A stretch of 58,821 nucleotides of DNA from Chiloscyllium plagiosum (lineage: Eukaryota). Under the pieces are notes generated by a model, which worked only from the letters and a program-made list of their open reading frames with translations, was not told the origin of the DNA and searched no databases. Shown here piece by piece: positions 58,440 through 58,821 of the stretch. Both the position numbers and the translations under genes were made by a program. The stretch lies in the NCBI RefSeq assembly GCF_004010195.1, contig NC_057748.1:18338154-18396974 (forward strand). Direction: 5' to 3'. How positions within the stretch are numbered: the first letter of the stretch is position 1; the number at the start of each line of letters is the position of its first letter.

Positions 58440-58821
58440 CAGAGTTGAAGTGTGATGCTGGAAAAGCATAGCTGGTCAGGCACCATCTGAGGAGCAGGAG
58501 AATTGACATAAAGATGCATGATGCCAACTCATGTAACATTTCATTGATCATCTCTGGGGCACGCACCAAACAAGCCCACTGCCTTGTGGCCAATCACTTC
58601 AATTTCCCCTCCCACTCTGCCAAAGGCATGCAAGTCCTGGGCCGCCTCCACCACCAAATACCTGCAGAAAGAATGCCTCATCTTCGGCCTTGGGACCCTC
58701 AAACCACGTGGCATCAACATCGATTTCACCAGCTTTCTCATCTCCCCTCCCCCAACCTCATCCCAAATCCAACTCAGCACTGTCCTACCTGTCCATCTAC
58801 CTTCCCACCTCCTACCATCCC
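58440..58821 (+). mobile_element. Penelope-like element fragment with an inverted terminus at its 5' side; runs off the window
   Basis: Inverted terminus (gctggaaaagca…ggtcaggca…caggagaattgac), then GIY-YIG C-terminal VANHFNFPSHS…LIFGLGTLKPRGINIDF on +. Confidence 0.8.

Overview
Vertebrate genomic DNA. The repeat families (HE1-type SINEs, HER1/CR1 LINEs, Deu-domain SINEs, Penelope-like elements) point to a cartilaginous fish, most likely a shark; this is an inference from recalled consensus features, not a database search. The window holds the conserved ST13<->XPNPEP3->RBX1 block. It contains a complete 10-exon XPNPEP3 gene on the - strand (CDS 53288..13735, 1518 nt, 505 aa, all GT-AG, frame intact), ST13 coding exon 1 head-to-head on the + strand (53835..53944) across a 546-bp bidirectional promoter with a perfect heat-shock element, and RBX1 coding exon 1 on the - strand (2272..2198). 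Most of the rest is retroelement: a full-length, TSD-flanked but disabled L1 in XPNPEP3 intron 7, many CR1 fragments (one retaining an ORF1 esterase), several Penelope-like elements (PLEs), SINEs and a ~3.5-kb minisatellite. There are four assembly gaps. The most interesting non-gene signals are minimal hammerhead-ribozyme motifs in two PLE families and ~200-bp TSD-flanked fold-back PLE insertions, one a perfect 83-bp hairpin. I found no convincing evidence of a wholly new biological system. Most ORFs in the supplied track are repeat-derived or spurious. Repeat boundaries are approximate unless a TSD is quoted.
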